Of a stretch of DNA of 64,000 nt, positions 1-8,536 are shown piece after piece. The notes below the pieces were generated by a model. It worked only from the letters and a program-made list of their open reading frames with translations, was not told where the DNA came from and made no database searches. The stretch is taken from contig DAOUEQ010000012.1 in assembly GCA_034430395.1 (NCBI GenBank), positions 6,651 through 70,650 of the forward strand. The letters run 5' to 3'. A program made the position numbers and the translations under genes. Origin of the DNA: Anaerolineales bacterium. GTDB lineage: Bacteria; Chloroflexota; Anaerolineae; Anaerolineales; E44-bin32. Within the stretch, counting starts at the first letter, position 1. Every line of letters starts with the position of its first letter.

Positions 1-28
1 AGCGCAATGCTTGAGAAAGGAGCCGACC

Positions 29-1018
29 ATGATTCCGATACTCGATTGGGGATACCCCATCATCTATTGGTTGCAAAGTCTGGGCGACTGGCTTACGCCT
101 GTCATGCAGTTCTTCACTTATTTAGGTAATGAGGAGTTCTTTTTGCTTGTTCTACCCGCGCTCCTGTGGTGTGTCGACATTGGACTGGGAGTTCGAATTG
201 GATTGATCCTCCTCACCAGCAACGGGGTCAATTCCTTGTTCAAGCTCGCCTTTGGGACACCGCGGCCATATTGGGTCAACCCGAAAGTCAAGGCATTAAG
301 CACGGGTACAGCCTTCGGCCTGCCCTCCGGCCACGCCCAAACCGCATTAGCTGTATGGGGACGTCTGGCTGCTTGGATCCGTCGCACCTTGGCAATCCTC
401 TTCTTCGGCGCCCTGATTCTGGTAATCTCGATCTCGCGCCCGTATCTTGGAGTCCATTACCCAACCGATACGCTCCTTGGCTGGCTCATCGGCGGCGTCC
501 TGCTGGCAGCCTTTCTCATCTTTGACAAGCCCATCAGTAAGTGGCTTTCAAGGCTTTCTGCGGGCAAGCAGAGCCTGCTCTCTTTTGTGATCAGCATTGC
601 CTTCATTTGTTTAGGTCTACTTGTATCCCAGGCTACGGCCAGCCGTCCGGTCCCCGTGGAGTGGTTCGCGGGAGCTGCAGCCGCTGCTCCCGGAAGCGAA
701 GCGATCGACCCCCTCAGCATCAATGGGTTCTTCTCCACCGCGGGTGTGTTTTTTGGCCTCGGCGCCGGCGCTGCCCTACTCTACCAATGGGGCGGTTTCC
801 ACGTCGGCGGTCCGTTGTGGCAGAGGCTACTTCGTTATCTCGTAGGCCTTGTTGGTGTGGTCCTGATCTATTTCGGTTTCAAAATGATCTTCCCCAGCGG
901 AGATGATCTTGCGGCCAACATTTTTCGATACGTCCGTTACGGTGGGGTCGGATTCTGGGTCGCCTACGTTGGGCCAAGAGTATTTAAACTTCTTCGTCTA
1001 GCAAATGAGGAGTCGTAG
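29..1018 (+). CDS. PAP2-family (type 2 phosphatidic acid phosphatase-like) integral membrane phosphatase
   Basis: The three PAP2 signature motifs are present in order: KLAFGTPRPYW, PSGH, SRPYLGVHYPTD. There are many hydrophobic segments. The ORF opens at TTG 11, but ATG 29 is preceded by AAGGAG at 16-21. Confidence 0.8.
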   Translation: MIPILDWGYPIIYWLQSLGDWLTPVMQFFTYLGNEEFFLLVLPALLWCVDIGLGVRIGLILLTSNGVNSLFKLAFGTPRPYWVNPKVKALSTGTAFGLPSGHAQTALAVWGRLAAWIRRTLAILFFGALILVISISRPYLGVHYPTDTLLGWLIGGVLLAAFLIFDKPISKWLSRLSAGKQSLLSFVISIAFICLGLLVSQATASRPVPVEWFAGAAAAAPGSEAIDPLSINGFFSTAGVFFGLGAGAALLYQWGGFHVGGPLWQRLLRYLVGLVGVVLIYFGFKMIFPSGDDLAANIFRYVRYGGVGFWVAYVGPRVFKLLRLANEES

Positions 1019-1079
1019 GAAGGCTGATACCTTCAACATCCGGAGCGCCAATTAAAGGAGATCCTCACGGAGGTATTAG

Positions 1080-1658
1080 ATGCTATCCATATTCGCTCAT
1101 AGAAACTATCTGCTGAAGCGGCAGGTTTTTGCACTGACTGGCAGGGTTCGCGTTTATACATCTTCCGGTATGCTATCGCTTTATTCCGAGCAGAAGATGT
1201 TCAAGCTGCGGGAGGATATTCGCGTCTACGAGGATGAGGCGAAAACACGCGAGGTGCTCTGGGTTCAAGCTCGGCAGATCATCGATTTTGCGGCTGCCTA
1301 CGACGTAACCGATCAGACGACGGGACAAAAAGTCGGCGCGCTGCGCAGAAAAGGGTGGCGGTCGATGATGCGTGATGCGTGGGAGGTGCTGGATCCCTAT
1401 GACCAGGTGATAGGTATCATCCAGGAAGACAGCCCGATGAAGGCTTTTCTGCGCCGAATATTGCTAGGATCGCTGCTGCCACAGAGCTATAAAGTTCTCA
1501 TCGGGGACCGTGTGGCAGCAACATTCCAGCAGCGGTTCCATCTCTTCCGCTACGAAATGGAGATCGACTTTCTACCAAATGAGCAAGACTTCGACCCCCG
1601 TCTGGGGCTCGCCGCCGCGATCCTTTTAGCGATTGTTGAGGGGAAACAGAAATCGTAA
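1080..1658 (+). CDS. hypothetical protein (possibly LURP-one/scramblase-like fold)
   Basis: 192-aa ORF. GGAGG lies 6 nt upstream of the ATG. I have only a weak recollection of a tubby-C/LURP1-like pattern and see no diagnostic motif. Confidence 0.45.
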   Translation: MLSIFAHRNYLLKRQVFALTGRVRVYTSSGMLSLYSEQKMFKLREDIRVYEDEAKTREVLWVQARQIIDFAAAYDVTDQTTGQKVGALRRKGWRSMMRDAWEVLDPYDQVIGIIQEDSPMKAFLRRILLGSLLPQSYKVLIGDRVAATFQQRFHLFRYEMEIDFLPNEQDFDPRLGLAAAILLAIVEGKQKS

Positions 1659-1788
1659 TCCAGGTTTGTTTGAAGTTCCGACTCAACCCAGCAAAACTGC
1701 TTCCCAAGCCATCTCAGAAGACGGGAGTTCGTTTTGATTCATCCCTTTATTCAAAAATTAGAGGAGAAGCAAAAACTCTCTTATAGAA

Positions 1789-2157
1789 TCAAGTAGATTC
1801 CATCTCCCGCCACAAGAACCAATGCCCTTTGTGGTCACCAGCGTCCTTAGGCGCCCGGTCGTAGTAAATGTCGAACACACGCCCCCCACGGATACGGACC
1901 CGGAAGTAAAAGCGGCCCACTCCGCGCGATCCCCGGCGCACCGCTTTCACCAGGTTCTCCGGTCTCATATTCAGCGCCATCCTGCCCTTGCGCGAGTAAT
2001 CAAACCAGGAGGAGATTACTTCCTCAACCTCGTAATTCTGCCCTTTCCAGAGGATGCTTTTCGGCGCTGTGGGTTTCTTGCTTAAAAGTGGGGTGGTCTC
2101 GTGCTCAACATCGACCCTCTCGCTGATGAAGCGGAGAGGCGACCAGTCACCCTTCAT
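1789..2157 (-). CDS. hypothetical small protein
   Basis: The ORF runs 1789..2247. Its 5' part overlaps the 2147..2572 gene. Internal Met (MKGDWSPL...) at 2157 leaves only an 11-nt overlap. No recognisable motif. Confidence 0.35.
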   Translation of the reverse strand: MKGDWSPLRFISERVDVEHETTPLLSKKPTAPKSILWKGQNYEVEEVISSWFDYSRKGRMALNMRPENLVKAVRRGSRGVGRFYFRVRIRGGRVFDIYYDRAPKDAGDHKGHWFLWREMEST

Positions 2158-2572
2158 AGGGAGATTCTGCTTCCTGGACCCAGCTACGGGTTGCGGGTGC
2201 AGCGATGCAAGCCAGATTGCAGAGCACGAAAAGTGTCGCCGGTCCAAAAAACATCAACGAAAGCACGTTTATCACAATCGCGGCTCCATAGCCCCATTGT
2301 TTGTGCAGCCAGATCCCCCATATCGCTCCCGACAAGCCGGCGCCGAGCACAACCGTAGGCCACGCCAGCGCTTCTGGGGAGAGTATTAACCATTGATCGA
2401 AGCCTTTTGAGAAAATGTGGAAGGGGTCCAACCAGGATGCCCCTGGCAGTATGACAATGGGATCCCAACCGAAGAGACGAATGGCAAGACCGTTAACGAC
2501 AAGGTAGATGCCGAGCAGGGCGCTAAAGAGAGTCAGAAGGCGCAACGTGATGGGGGGCTTAAGATCATCCAT
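2147..2572 (-). CDS. hypothetical membrane protein (about 4 TM segments)
   Basis: 141-aa ORF made of hydrophobic helices (LLTLFSALLGIYLVVNGLAI..., VVLGAGLSGAIWGIWL..., AAIVINVLSLMFFGP...). Confidence 0.5.
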   Translation of the reverse strand: MDDLKPPITLRLLTLFSALLGIYLVVNGLAIRLFGWDPIVILPGASWLDPFHIFSKGFDQWLILSPEALAWPTVVLGAGLSGAIWGIWLHKQWGYGAAIVINVLSLMFFGPATLFVLCNLACIAAPATRSWVQEAESPYEG

Positions 2573-2592
2573 AGTTATCGACTTAAAATGAA

Positions 2593-2613
2593 GGGCCGGG
2601 TTGCTCCCGGCCC
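2593..2613 (-). terminator. GC-rich hairpin downstream of the EF-G-like gene (bidirectional terminator candidate)
   Basis: GGGCCGGG-TTGCT-CCCGGCCC is a perfect 8-bp stem. It is flanked by T/A runs on both strands (TTCATTTT on the minus strand, ATTTTTA on the plus strand). Confidence 0.55.
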
Positions 2614-2633
2614 ATTTTTACCTCAGATTCCGA

Positions 2634-4709
2634 TCAGTCCTCTTCCTGCTTACTAATCTCCCTCGTGCGCGCGGCGATGAGCTCCTCCGCCACATGTGAA
2701 GGGACAATTTGATAGTGGCTCAATGACATTGAGAACACTCCGCGCCCACCAGTCATCGACCGGATGTCGGTCGTGTAACGTTGGATCTCGGCCAGCGGAA
2801 CTTGCGCGGTAACCACGCTCCGCCCTCGCTCGGTCTCCATCCCCTGGACGCGTGCTCGACGGGTGTTCAGATCCCCGAGGACATCGCCCATGTTCGCTTC
2901 CGGGACGGTGATGCGAAGATCCATGATCGGCTCAAGCATGACCGGGGCTGCTTTGTTCATTGCCTGTTTAAATGCTTCCCGACCGGCGACTTCAAAAGCC
3001 ACAGCCTTTGAGTCGACCGGATGCTCCTTGCCATCAACAATGAGGACCCTGACTTTTTCGACTGGATAACCGGCGATTACACCCTGCTTCATTACGCCCT
3101 TCACGCCCTTCTCGATGGCAGGCATATAGCCGGAAGAAATTGAGCCCCCGAAGACTTTATTAACAAATTCGAACTGTTCCTCTTCTAGTGGCTCGATATC
3201 CATGTGGACTTCTGCAAACTGTCCTGCGCCGCCCGTCTGCTTCTTATGTCGGTACTCGGCATGACCGGTCTTTGTGATCGTCTCCCGATAGGGAACTCGG
3301 GGCACTTCCGTATTGAGACCGACCTGGAACTTGGCATCTGCCTTACGTATGGCGACGTCGATATGCTGATCTCCCATCCCCTGTAAAATGGTTTGGTTTG
3401 TGCTTGGTTCCTGATGCCAGGATAGTGTTGGGTCCTCTTCGCAGAGGCGTGTCAGTGTGGGGCTGATCTTCGTTGAGTCCGCTTGAGTCTTTGGCGATAT
3501 CGAAACGGAGTAAAGTGCATTGGGGTATTCGGGCTCCGCGACTGTAAGTGGATGCCCTTTGTCGCCGAGGGTGTCGCCTGTTGCCGTCTCACCCAGCTTG
3601 GCGACCGCACCGATGTCCCCGGCATGGAGATTCTTAACTGCGAATTGTTCCTTACCCCGCAAAATATATAATGAACCCAATCGTTCCTCGGTTGCTTTAG
3701 TATGGTTCCACACTCGGCTGTCCGCAGAGAGAGTTCCCGAAAGCACGCGCATGTAGGTGAGCTTTCCCACGAATGGGTCAGCTGTTGTCTTCCACACTTT
3801 GACAACCAGAGGTCCGGAATCGGAAGCTTCTATGATCTCTTCTCCCGATGCGCCCTGTGCCTTCACCGGTTCAGCGTCAGCAGGGGAGGGGAAGAGTTCA
3901 ACCATCGCCTCCATCAGCGGTACTATACCTGTCGTTTTACCGGCTGCGCTCACGAAAACCGGTATAAACCGACCGGCGCGTACCACCGATTTAAATCCTT
4001 TAGAAATTTCTTCAGCGGATAGATCTTCACCTTCGAGGTATTTCTCAAGCAGAGCATCATCTCCCTCCGCCGCAGCTTCAACCAGAGCGATGCGAGCCTG
4101 TTCCGCCTGCTCTTGATATTCGTCGGGAATATCATCCATTGCTTCCCCCTCAGCCGGACGAGCTTTCATATTGAAGAGATCAATGACCCCTTTGAGTTCA
4201 CTCTTCTCCCCCCAAGGAAGCTGGACAGGGATGAAAGTTGCATTCGCGGAGAGATCGCTCGCCGCAGAGAGAGCCCTCTGGAAGTTGGCATTGTCGCGAT
4301 CCATCTTGCTAATGACAACAAACCGCGGCAGATTGAACGCTTCACAATACTCCCAGACGATTTCCGTGCCCACCTCGACTCCGGCAACAGAATCCACGAG
4401 GACAACTGCCGCATCGGCCACGCGTATTGTTGAGATCACTTCACCGATGAAATCCGTGTATCCAGGTGTGTCGAGGATATTTAGCTTATGCTCTTTGAAC
4501 TCAATAGGGAGGAGCGAGGTGGAGAGTGAGAGCGTGCGACGGATCTCCTCATCTTCAAAGTCGGAGACCGTATTCCCGTCCTCGACCTTCCCCATACGGG
4601 TGATCGCACCCGTGAAGAAAAGCATCGCCTCTCCCAGGATAGTCTTTCCGCCCCCGCCATGGGACACAAGGGCGATGTTACGAATAAATTCAGTTGCGTA
4701 TTCCTTCAT
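2634..4709 (-). CDS. elongation factor G-like translational GTPase (EF-G paralog)
   Basis: Full five-domain EF-G architecture by eye. G motifs: SHGGGGKT (G1), DTPGYTDF (G3), SKMD (G4). The C-terminal part reads ...YRHKKQTGGAGQFAEV.... The ORF opens at TTG 4745. ATG 4709 (MKEYATEF...) has an upstream AAGAAGGA. Confidence 0.85.
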   Translation of the reverse strand: MKEYATEFIRNIALVSHGGGGKTILGEAMLFFTGAITRMGKVEDGNTVSDFEDEEIRRTLSLSTSLLPIEFKEHKLNILDTPGYTDFIGEVISTIRVADAAVVLVDSVAGVEVGTEIVWEYCEAFNLPRFVVISKMDRDNANFQRALSAASDLSANATFIPVQLPWGEKSELKGVIDLFNMKARPAEGEAMDDIPDEYQEQAEQARIALVEAAAEGDDALLEKYLEGEDLSAEEISKGFKSVVRAGRFIPVFVSAAGKTTGIVPLMEAMVELFPSPADAEPVKAQGASGEEIIEASDSGPLVVKVWKTTADPFVGKLTYMRVLSGTLSADSRVWNHTKATEERLGSLYILRGKEQFAVKNLHAGDIGAVAKLGETATGDTLGDKGHPLTVAEPEYPNALYSVSISPKTQADSTKISPTLTRLCEEDPTLSWHQEPSTNQTILQGMGDQHIDVAIRKADAKFQVGLNTEVPRVPYRETITKTGHAEYRHKKQTGGAGQFAEVHMDIEPLEEEQFEFVNKVFGGSISSGYMPAIEKGVKGVMKQGVIAGYPVEKVRVLIVDGKEHPVDSKAVAFEVAGREAFKQAMNKAAPVMLEPIMDLRITVPEANMGDVLGDLNTRRARVQGMETERGRSVVTAQVPLAEIQRYTTDIRSMTGGRGVFSMSLSHYQIVPSHVAEELIAARTREISKQEED

Positions 4710-4869
4710 GGATTTGGGATCCTTCTTAAAGGTTTTATAGATCAACGAATTCTAAAGGAGGAGAGGGGTCTTGTAAAGACAAAACCCACAAAGATGCCAT
4801 TTTCGTAGCCATTCAACCACTTTTTAGGCATCGTTTTGGTTACAACTGAGAAGCGACACCATCTTCCCT

Positions 4870-4902
4870 AACCTCCCACAGGTTCCAAACCTGCGCGAGG
4901 TT
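4870..4902. repeat. imperfect copy of a 33-nt intergenic palindromic repeat (AACCTCCCGCAGGTT-n3-AACCTGCGGGAGGTT family)
   Basis: AACCTCCCACAGGTT-CCA-AACCTGCGCGAGGTT. There are two arm mismatches relative to the perfect copy at 15066..15098. Confidence 0.6.
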
Positions 4903-4965
4903 GTACCGCTCATCTCTTGATGCAACAGGATGATGTTACAATCGGCTTGGATAGTGGAGGGAATC

Positions 4966-5454
4966 ATGCAGCTGATCAACCAATATTCTTTTCCTTTCCT
5001 CGCCGGGGTTATCCTGCTCGTCCTCGCTGGCATTCTTCTGCGTAAAGGGGGAACGGATGGATTGCTCGTTCCACTGGCAGCAATGATTATGGGATTCCTT
5101 TTCGCATTCTGGCTCTTCAGCCCGGGGACGAGCGCCGAAACACCCGATGCAACCAAGGTCGAGGAAGTTATCGGTGCAGGGAAGGCTGTTCTCCTTGAAT
5201 TCCAGAGCCCCTATTGACTGGCGTGCATGGCCGCCAAACCCATCGTGGATGGGATCGAGAAGCAGCATGCAGACACCCTGAACGTGATCCGTGTAAATGT
5301 ACAAGACGACGCCATGCGCCCCCTGATGAAAACCTACGCCTTCCAGTTCACGCCCACCTTTGTTTTGTTTGACGCAGTGGGAGAGGAAATCTTCCGCACT
5401 GTCGGCGCGATTGACCCCGAAGCGATCGAAAAAGCCCTGGCTCCAATCCCGTGA
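4966..5454 (+). CDS. membrane-anchored thioredoxin-fold protein with in-frame TGA at the first active-site position (candidate U-x-x-C selenoprotein; otherwise a pseudogene)
   Basis: Track ORFs 4930..5217 and 5227..5454 share one frame. They are separated only by TGA(5215-5217) CTG GCG TGC. Read-through gives LLEFQSPY-[TGA]-LAC-MAAKPIVDG...TPTFVLFD, which matches Trx WCGPC...cis-Pro. GGAGGG lies 5 nt before ATG 4966. An N-terminal TM helix is present. Confidence 0.55.
5224..5271 (+). promoter_or_regulatory. candidate bacterial SECIS-like stem-loop
   Basis: The outer helix is TGCATG(5224-5229)/CATGCA(5266-5271). The apical hairpin is CCCATC-GTG-GATGGG (5239-5253). The loop starts 27 nt after the TGA and begins with G. 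Confidence 0.35.
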
Positions 5455-6023
5455 TCCGTCGTCTCATATTGGAACTGCGATATCTTCGTGATAGAACCCC
5501 GTGGGATACGGGGATCTCACCGCCCGAACTCTTGAAGTATCTTGCGGAGAGTTCCCCAGGTCACGCGCTGGACCTCGGTTGCGGGACAGGTACGAATGCC
5601 ATCACCTTGACGCAGCATGGTTGGCAGACCGTCGGGGTGGATCTGTCAGCGCTGGCAATTCGAACCGCCCGCTGCAAAGCTCGTCAAGCTGAACTTGAAA
5701 TTGACTTTCGGCGGGAAGATGTGGCGCGCCTCGCCTCTATTGAAGGCCCGTTCGATTTCGCCCTCGATATCGGCTGCTTCCACTCGCTAAGTCCCGCAGG
5801 GCAGCAAAACTACGTCCAAAACATAGCTCGCGTCCTCAAACCTGGTGGGACCTACTTGATCTACACCTGGCTCGCCGGCGAAGGGGATACATCGTCCAAA
5901 AGAATAACCGAAGCCAATATCTCATCCCTGTTCGAGCCCTACTTTGAAATCCGGACCTTCAAACAAGGTACTGAACGGCACCGCGCTTCCGCCTGGGTTC
6001 AGATGGTACGAAGACCAGAATGA
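5451..6023 (+). CDS. class I SAM-dependent methyltransferase
   Basis: Motif I is ALDLGCGTGTNAITL, followed by the acidic loop VGVDLS and a post-I/II pattern LKPGGTYLIY. The GTG start overlaps the upstream stop (GTGA). Confidence 0.75.
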   Translation: MIRRLILELRYLRDRTPWDTGISPPELLKYLAESSPGHALDLGCGTGTNAITLTQHGWQTVGVDLSALAIRTARCKARQAELEIDFRREDVARLASIEGPFDFALDIGCFHSLSPAGQQNYVQNIARVLKPGGTYLIYTWLAGEGDTSSKRITEANISSLFEPYFEIRTFKQGTERHRASAWVQMVRRPE

Positions 6024-6943
6024 GCCGTGTCCTCCTCCTCTTCATGGATGGCGTGGGGCTTGGCGCAAGTGATCCCGCCTGCAACCCTTTTGCCACTTGT
6101 GATATGCCTGCACTCGAGGCACTACTCGGCGGTCGAAAGCTCGTAATAGAAACGGCGCCTCATATCGGCGAAGTGGCGACGCTGCTCGCAATTGACCCCA
6201 CACTTGGACTGCCCGGCACGCCGCAATCAGCCTCCGGACAGGCTGCTTTACTCACGGGCCGAAATGTTCCGCAGGAAATTGGCGAGCATTACGGTCCAAA
6301 GCCGAACCCGCCCATCCGTCAAATCCTTCGTGAGGGAAATATCTTCTCCATCGTTACGCATCTCGGCCGGAAAGCTGCACTGCTCAACGCTTACCCTCCC
6401 CAATACTTCGAGGCCATCGACCGGGGACACCGTCTCTATTCTGCCATCCCCCTCGCCGTGACAGCCGCCGGGTTACCGCTGATGACCGCCAAAGACCTAC
6501 AAGAAGGTCATGCGCTCTCTGTCGATTTCACAGGGGAAGGCTGGGCTGCGAGACCTGAATTTCCACCGGTTCCAATTTATTCGCCATCTGATGCGGGTGC
6601 AAAACTCGCTCAATTAGCAGCCCAGTACGACCTCGCTTGGTTCGATTTTTGGCCCAGCGATTACGCCGGTCATCGTCAGGACATGAACTCCGCGATCGCT
6701 CTCCTGGAGACATTCGACGCCGTCCTCTCCGGTTTGCTGCAAACATGGGAAAGTAACCAGAACCTAATCGTTCTGACGTCTGATCATGGCAACCTGGAAG
6801 ACCTCAGCCAGCGTGGGCATACACGCAACCCGGTGCCTGCGCTTCTAATTGGCCCCGCAGAGCTTCGCCGGCGATTTGCGGAAGATCTTGAAAATCTCAC
6901 CCACATCGTTCCTGCGATATATAGAACGCTTTTCCCCGCGTAG
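6020..6943 (+). CDS. alkaline-phosphatase-superfamily metalloenzyme (cofactor-independent phosphoglycerate mutase/phosphopentomutase-like)
   Basis: The N-terminal LLLFMDGVGLG and C-terminal LTSDHGNLED...GHTRNPVP match the metal-ligand pattern of the iPGM/ApgM 'metalloenzyme' domain. There is an ATGA overlap with the upstream gene. Confidence 0.6.
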   Translation: MSRVLLLFMDGVGLGASDPACNPFATCDMPALEALLGGRKLVIETAPHIGEVATLLAIDPTLGLPGTPQSASGQAALLTGRNVPQEIGEHYGPKPNPPIRQILREGNIFSIVTHLGRKAALLNAYPPQYFEAIDRGHRLYSAIPLAVTAAGLPLMTAKDLQEGHALSVDFTGEGWAARPEFPPVPIYSPSDAGAKLAQLAAQYDLAWFDFWPSDYAGHRQDMNSAIALLETFDAVLSGLLQTWESNQNLIVLTSDHGNLEDLSQRGHTRNPVPALLIGPAELRRRFAEDLENLTHIVPAIYRTLFPA

Positions 6944-7092
6944 TCGTAGGTCTTAACCTGCCCATCCTTAGCGCTAAGCGCGAGCACACCGCCGGGATCT
7001 TTGAAATATTCCGACCGAAGCGTATTCCGATACCCAATCGTAAATCATCCTTGCTATACTTAGAACGGTGTTTTGAAGAATTAGCTGAGGAG

Positions 7093-7695
7093 ATGCGAGT
7101 GGAAACCCGATTGAGTGACCAAGAGAAACACATCCTTCTCGATCTTGCCCACCAATCCATCGTGGCTGCGGTTCATCAGGATCACCCCCATCGCCTCGAT
7201 CTTGACTCGCTGCCGAACCGCTTGCAGCAACCTGGGGCATCCTTCGTGACGCTGACCCGCAGCGGTCTTCTACGCGGCTGCATCGGCACTCTCAAGCACG
7301 AAATCCCACTTGCCCAGGATGTAGCGTTACGGGCGCGTGCCGCTGCGACCGACGATCCCCGCTTCCCCCCACTTCAAATTGACGAGATCGAGGACACGGA
7401 GATCGAAATCTCGGTTTTGACAACACCACAACCTCTTGAATACACCTCGGCAGATGAACTCCTCACCCTGCTTGTCCCTGGACTGGATGGTGTCACCATC
7501 ACCCATGGTCTCAAAAGAGCGACCTTCCTGCCCCAGGTTTGGGAGAAAGTGAATGGTCCCGAACACTTTCTCTCGATGCTCTGTCAAAAAGCTCAGCTTC
7601 CGGCCGATGCCTGGAGACGTGGCCAGCTGGAGATTTCAACCTATCGAGTGGAGAGTTTCCACCGCTCCCCACCGAAAAGAACTGCCGAGGAATAA
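7093..7695 (+). CDS. AMMECR1 domain protein
   Basis: GASFVTLTRSGLLRGCIGTL contains the AMMECR1 LRGCIG signature. The ORF opens at TTG 7051, and the start is uncertain (ATG 7093 or GTG 7099). Confidence 0.8.
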   Translation: MRVETRLSDQEKHILLDLAHQSIVAAVHQDHPHRLDLDSLPNRLQQPGASFVTLTRSGLLRGCIGTLKHEIPLAQDVALRARAAATDDPRFPPLQIDEIEDTEIEISVLTTPQPLEYTSADELLTLLVPGLDGVTITHGLKRATFLPQVWEKVNGPEHFLSMLCQKAQLPADAWRRGQLEISTYRVESFHRSPPKRTAEE

Positions 7696-7805
7696 ATCCA
7701 TGGGTCGACCTACGCCCTGATGTTACAACAGCCTCCGCCTTGGTAATATCAGTTGCTGCCCCACCAGAGCGCGCCCAAGCCAAACCCACATGAGAGAGCA
7801 ACCCC

Positions 7806-8357
7806 ATGTCAGAATTTCCGGTCCTCCATACCGAACGGCTCATCCTTCGGGCTTTCCAGATGGATGATGCACCCGCCGTACAGACGTATGTATCAAAAAA
7901 AGAAATCGCTGCTACCACATTGAATATCCCTCACCCTTACACTTTGGAGATGGCCGAGGAATGGATTGCGACACACAGAGATGCTTTTAATAACGGACAG
8001 GCGGTTCGTTTTGCGATCACGTTAAGAGATGGCGGGAGACTGGTCGGCGCGATCGGACTCGAGATCACAGCAGCGCATGAGAGGGCTGAGTTAGGCTACT
8101 GGATCGGAACACCTCATTGGGGCAAAGGGTACTGCACCGAAGCCGCGATAGCCGTGCTTCAGTATGGATTCGATTCCCTTGAGCTTGAACGGATATTCGC
8201 CACGCACTTTCACAAGAATCCCGCCTCCGGTCGAGTCATGCAGAAAGCGGGCATGAAACACGAAGGTCGGTTGAGACACCATATTAAGAAATGGGGGAAG
8301 TCTGAGGATCTGGAAATGTACTCGATCCTGAGGTCAAAAACGGGACGTGGTCACTAA
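7806..8357 (+). CDS. GNAT family N-acetyltransferase (RimJ/RimL-like)
   Basis: TERLILRAF...DA..., then GAIGLE....ELGYWIGTPHWGKGYCTEA is a typical RimJ-type acetyl-CoA binding core. Confidence 0.8.
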   Translation: MSEFPVLHTERLILRAFQMDDAPAVQTYVSKKEIAATTLNIPHPYTLEMAEEWIATHRDAFNNGQAVRFAITLRDGGRLVGAIGLEITAAHERAELGYWIGTPHWGKGYCTEAAIAVLQYGFDSLELERIFATHFHKNPASGRVMQKAGMKHEGRLRHHIKKWGKSEDLEMYSILRSKTGRGH

Positions 8358-8536
8358 ATAGATTTTTGTCTCAAGCGGGCAATCCCATCTGCTTGCTCCC
8401 CCTTTTTTTTAACTAACTGAACAGTCTCGATCCCAACAATATTCCGCGGAAAGGTCTGCAGCTTGCTCTAGATACGGCTCCTTTAAATACAACTCTTTCG
8501 ACTAACCCTCTGGGCTGCACACCCACTTTGTCAAGC

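Noticed and set aside
5215-5217. Possibility that TGA is reassigned genome-wide (code 4 Trp or code 25 Gly) rather than locally recoded.
   Set aside because: Many well-supported genes in the window terminate at TGA at the expected protein end. Examples are the Trx-like gene itself at 5452-5454, the methyltransferase at 6021-6023 and DUF58 at 59711-59713. TGA is therefore a normal stop here.
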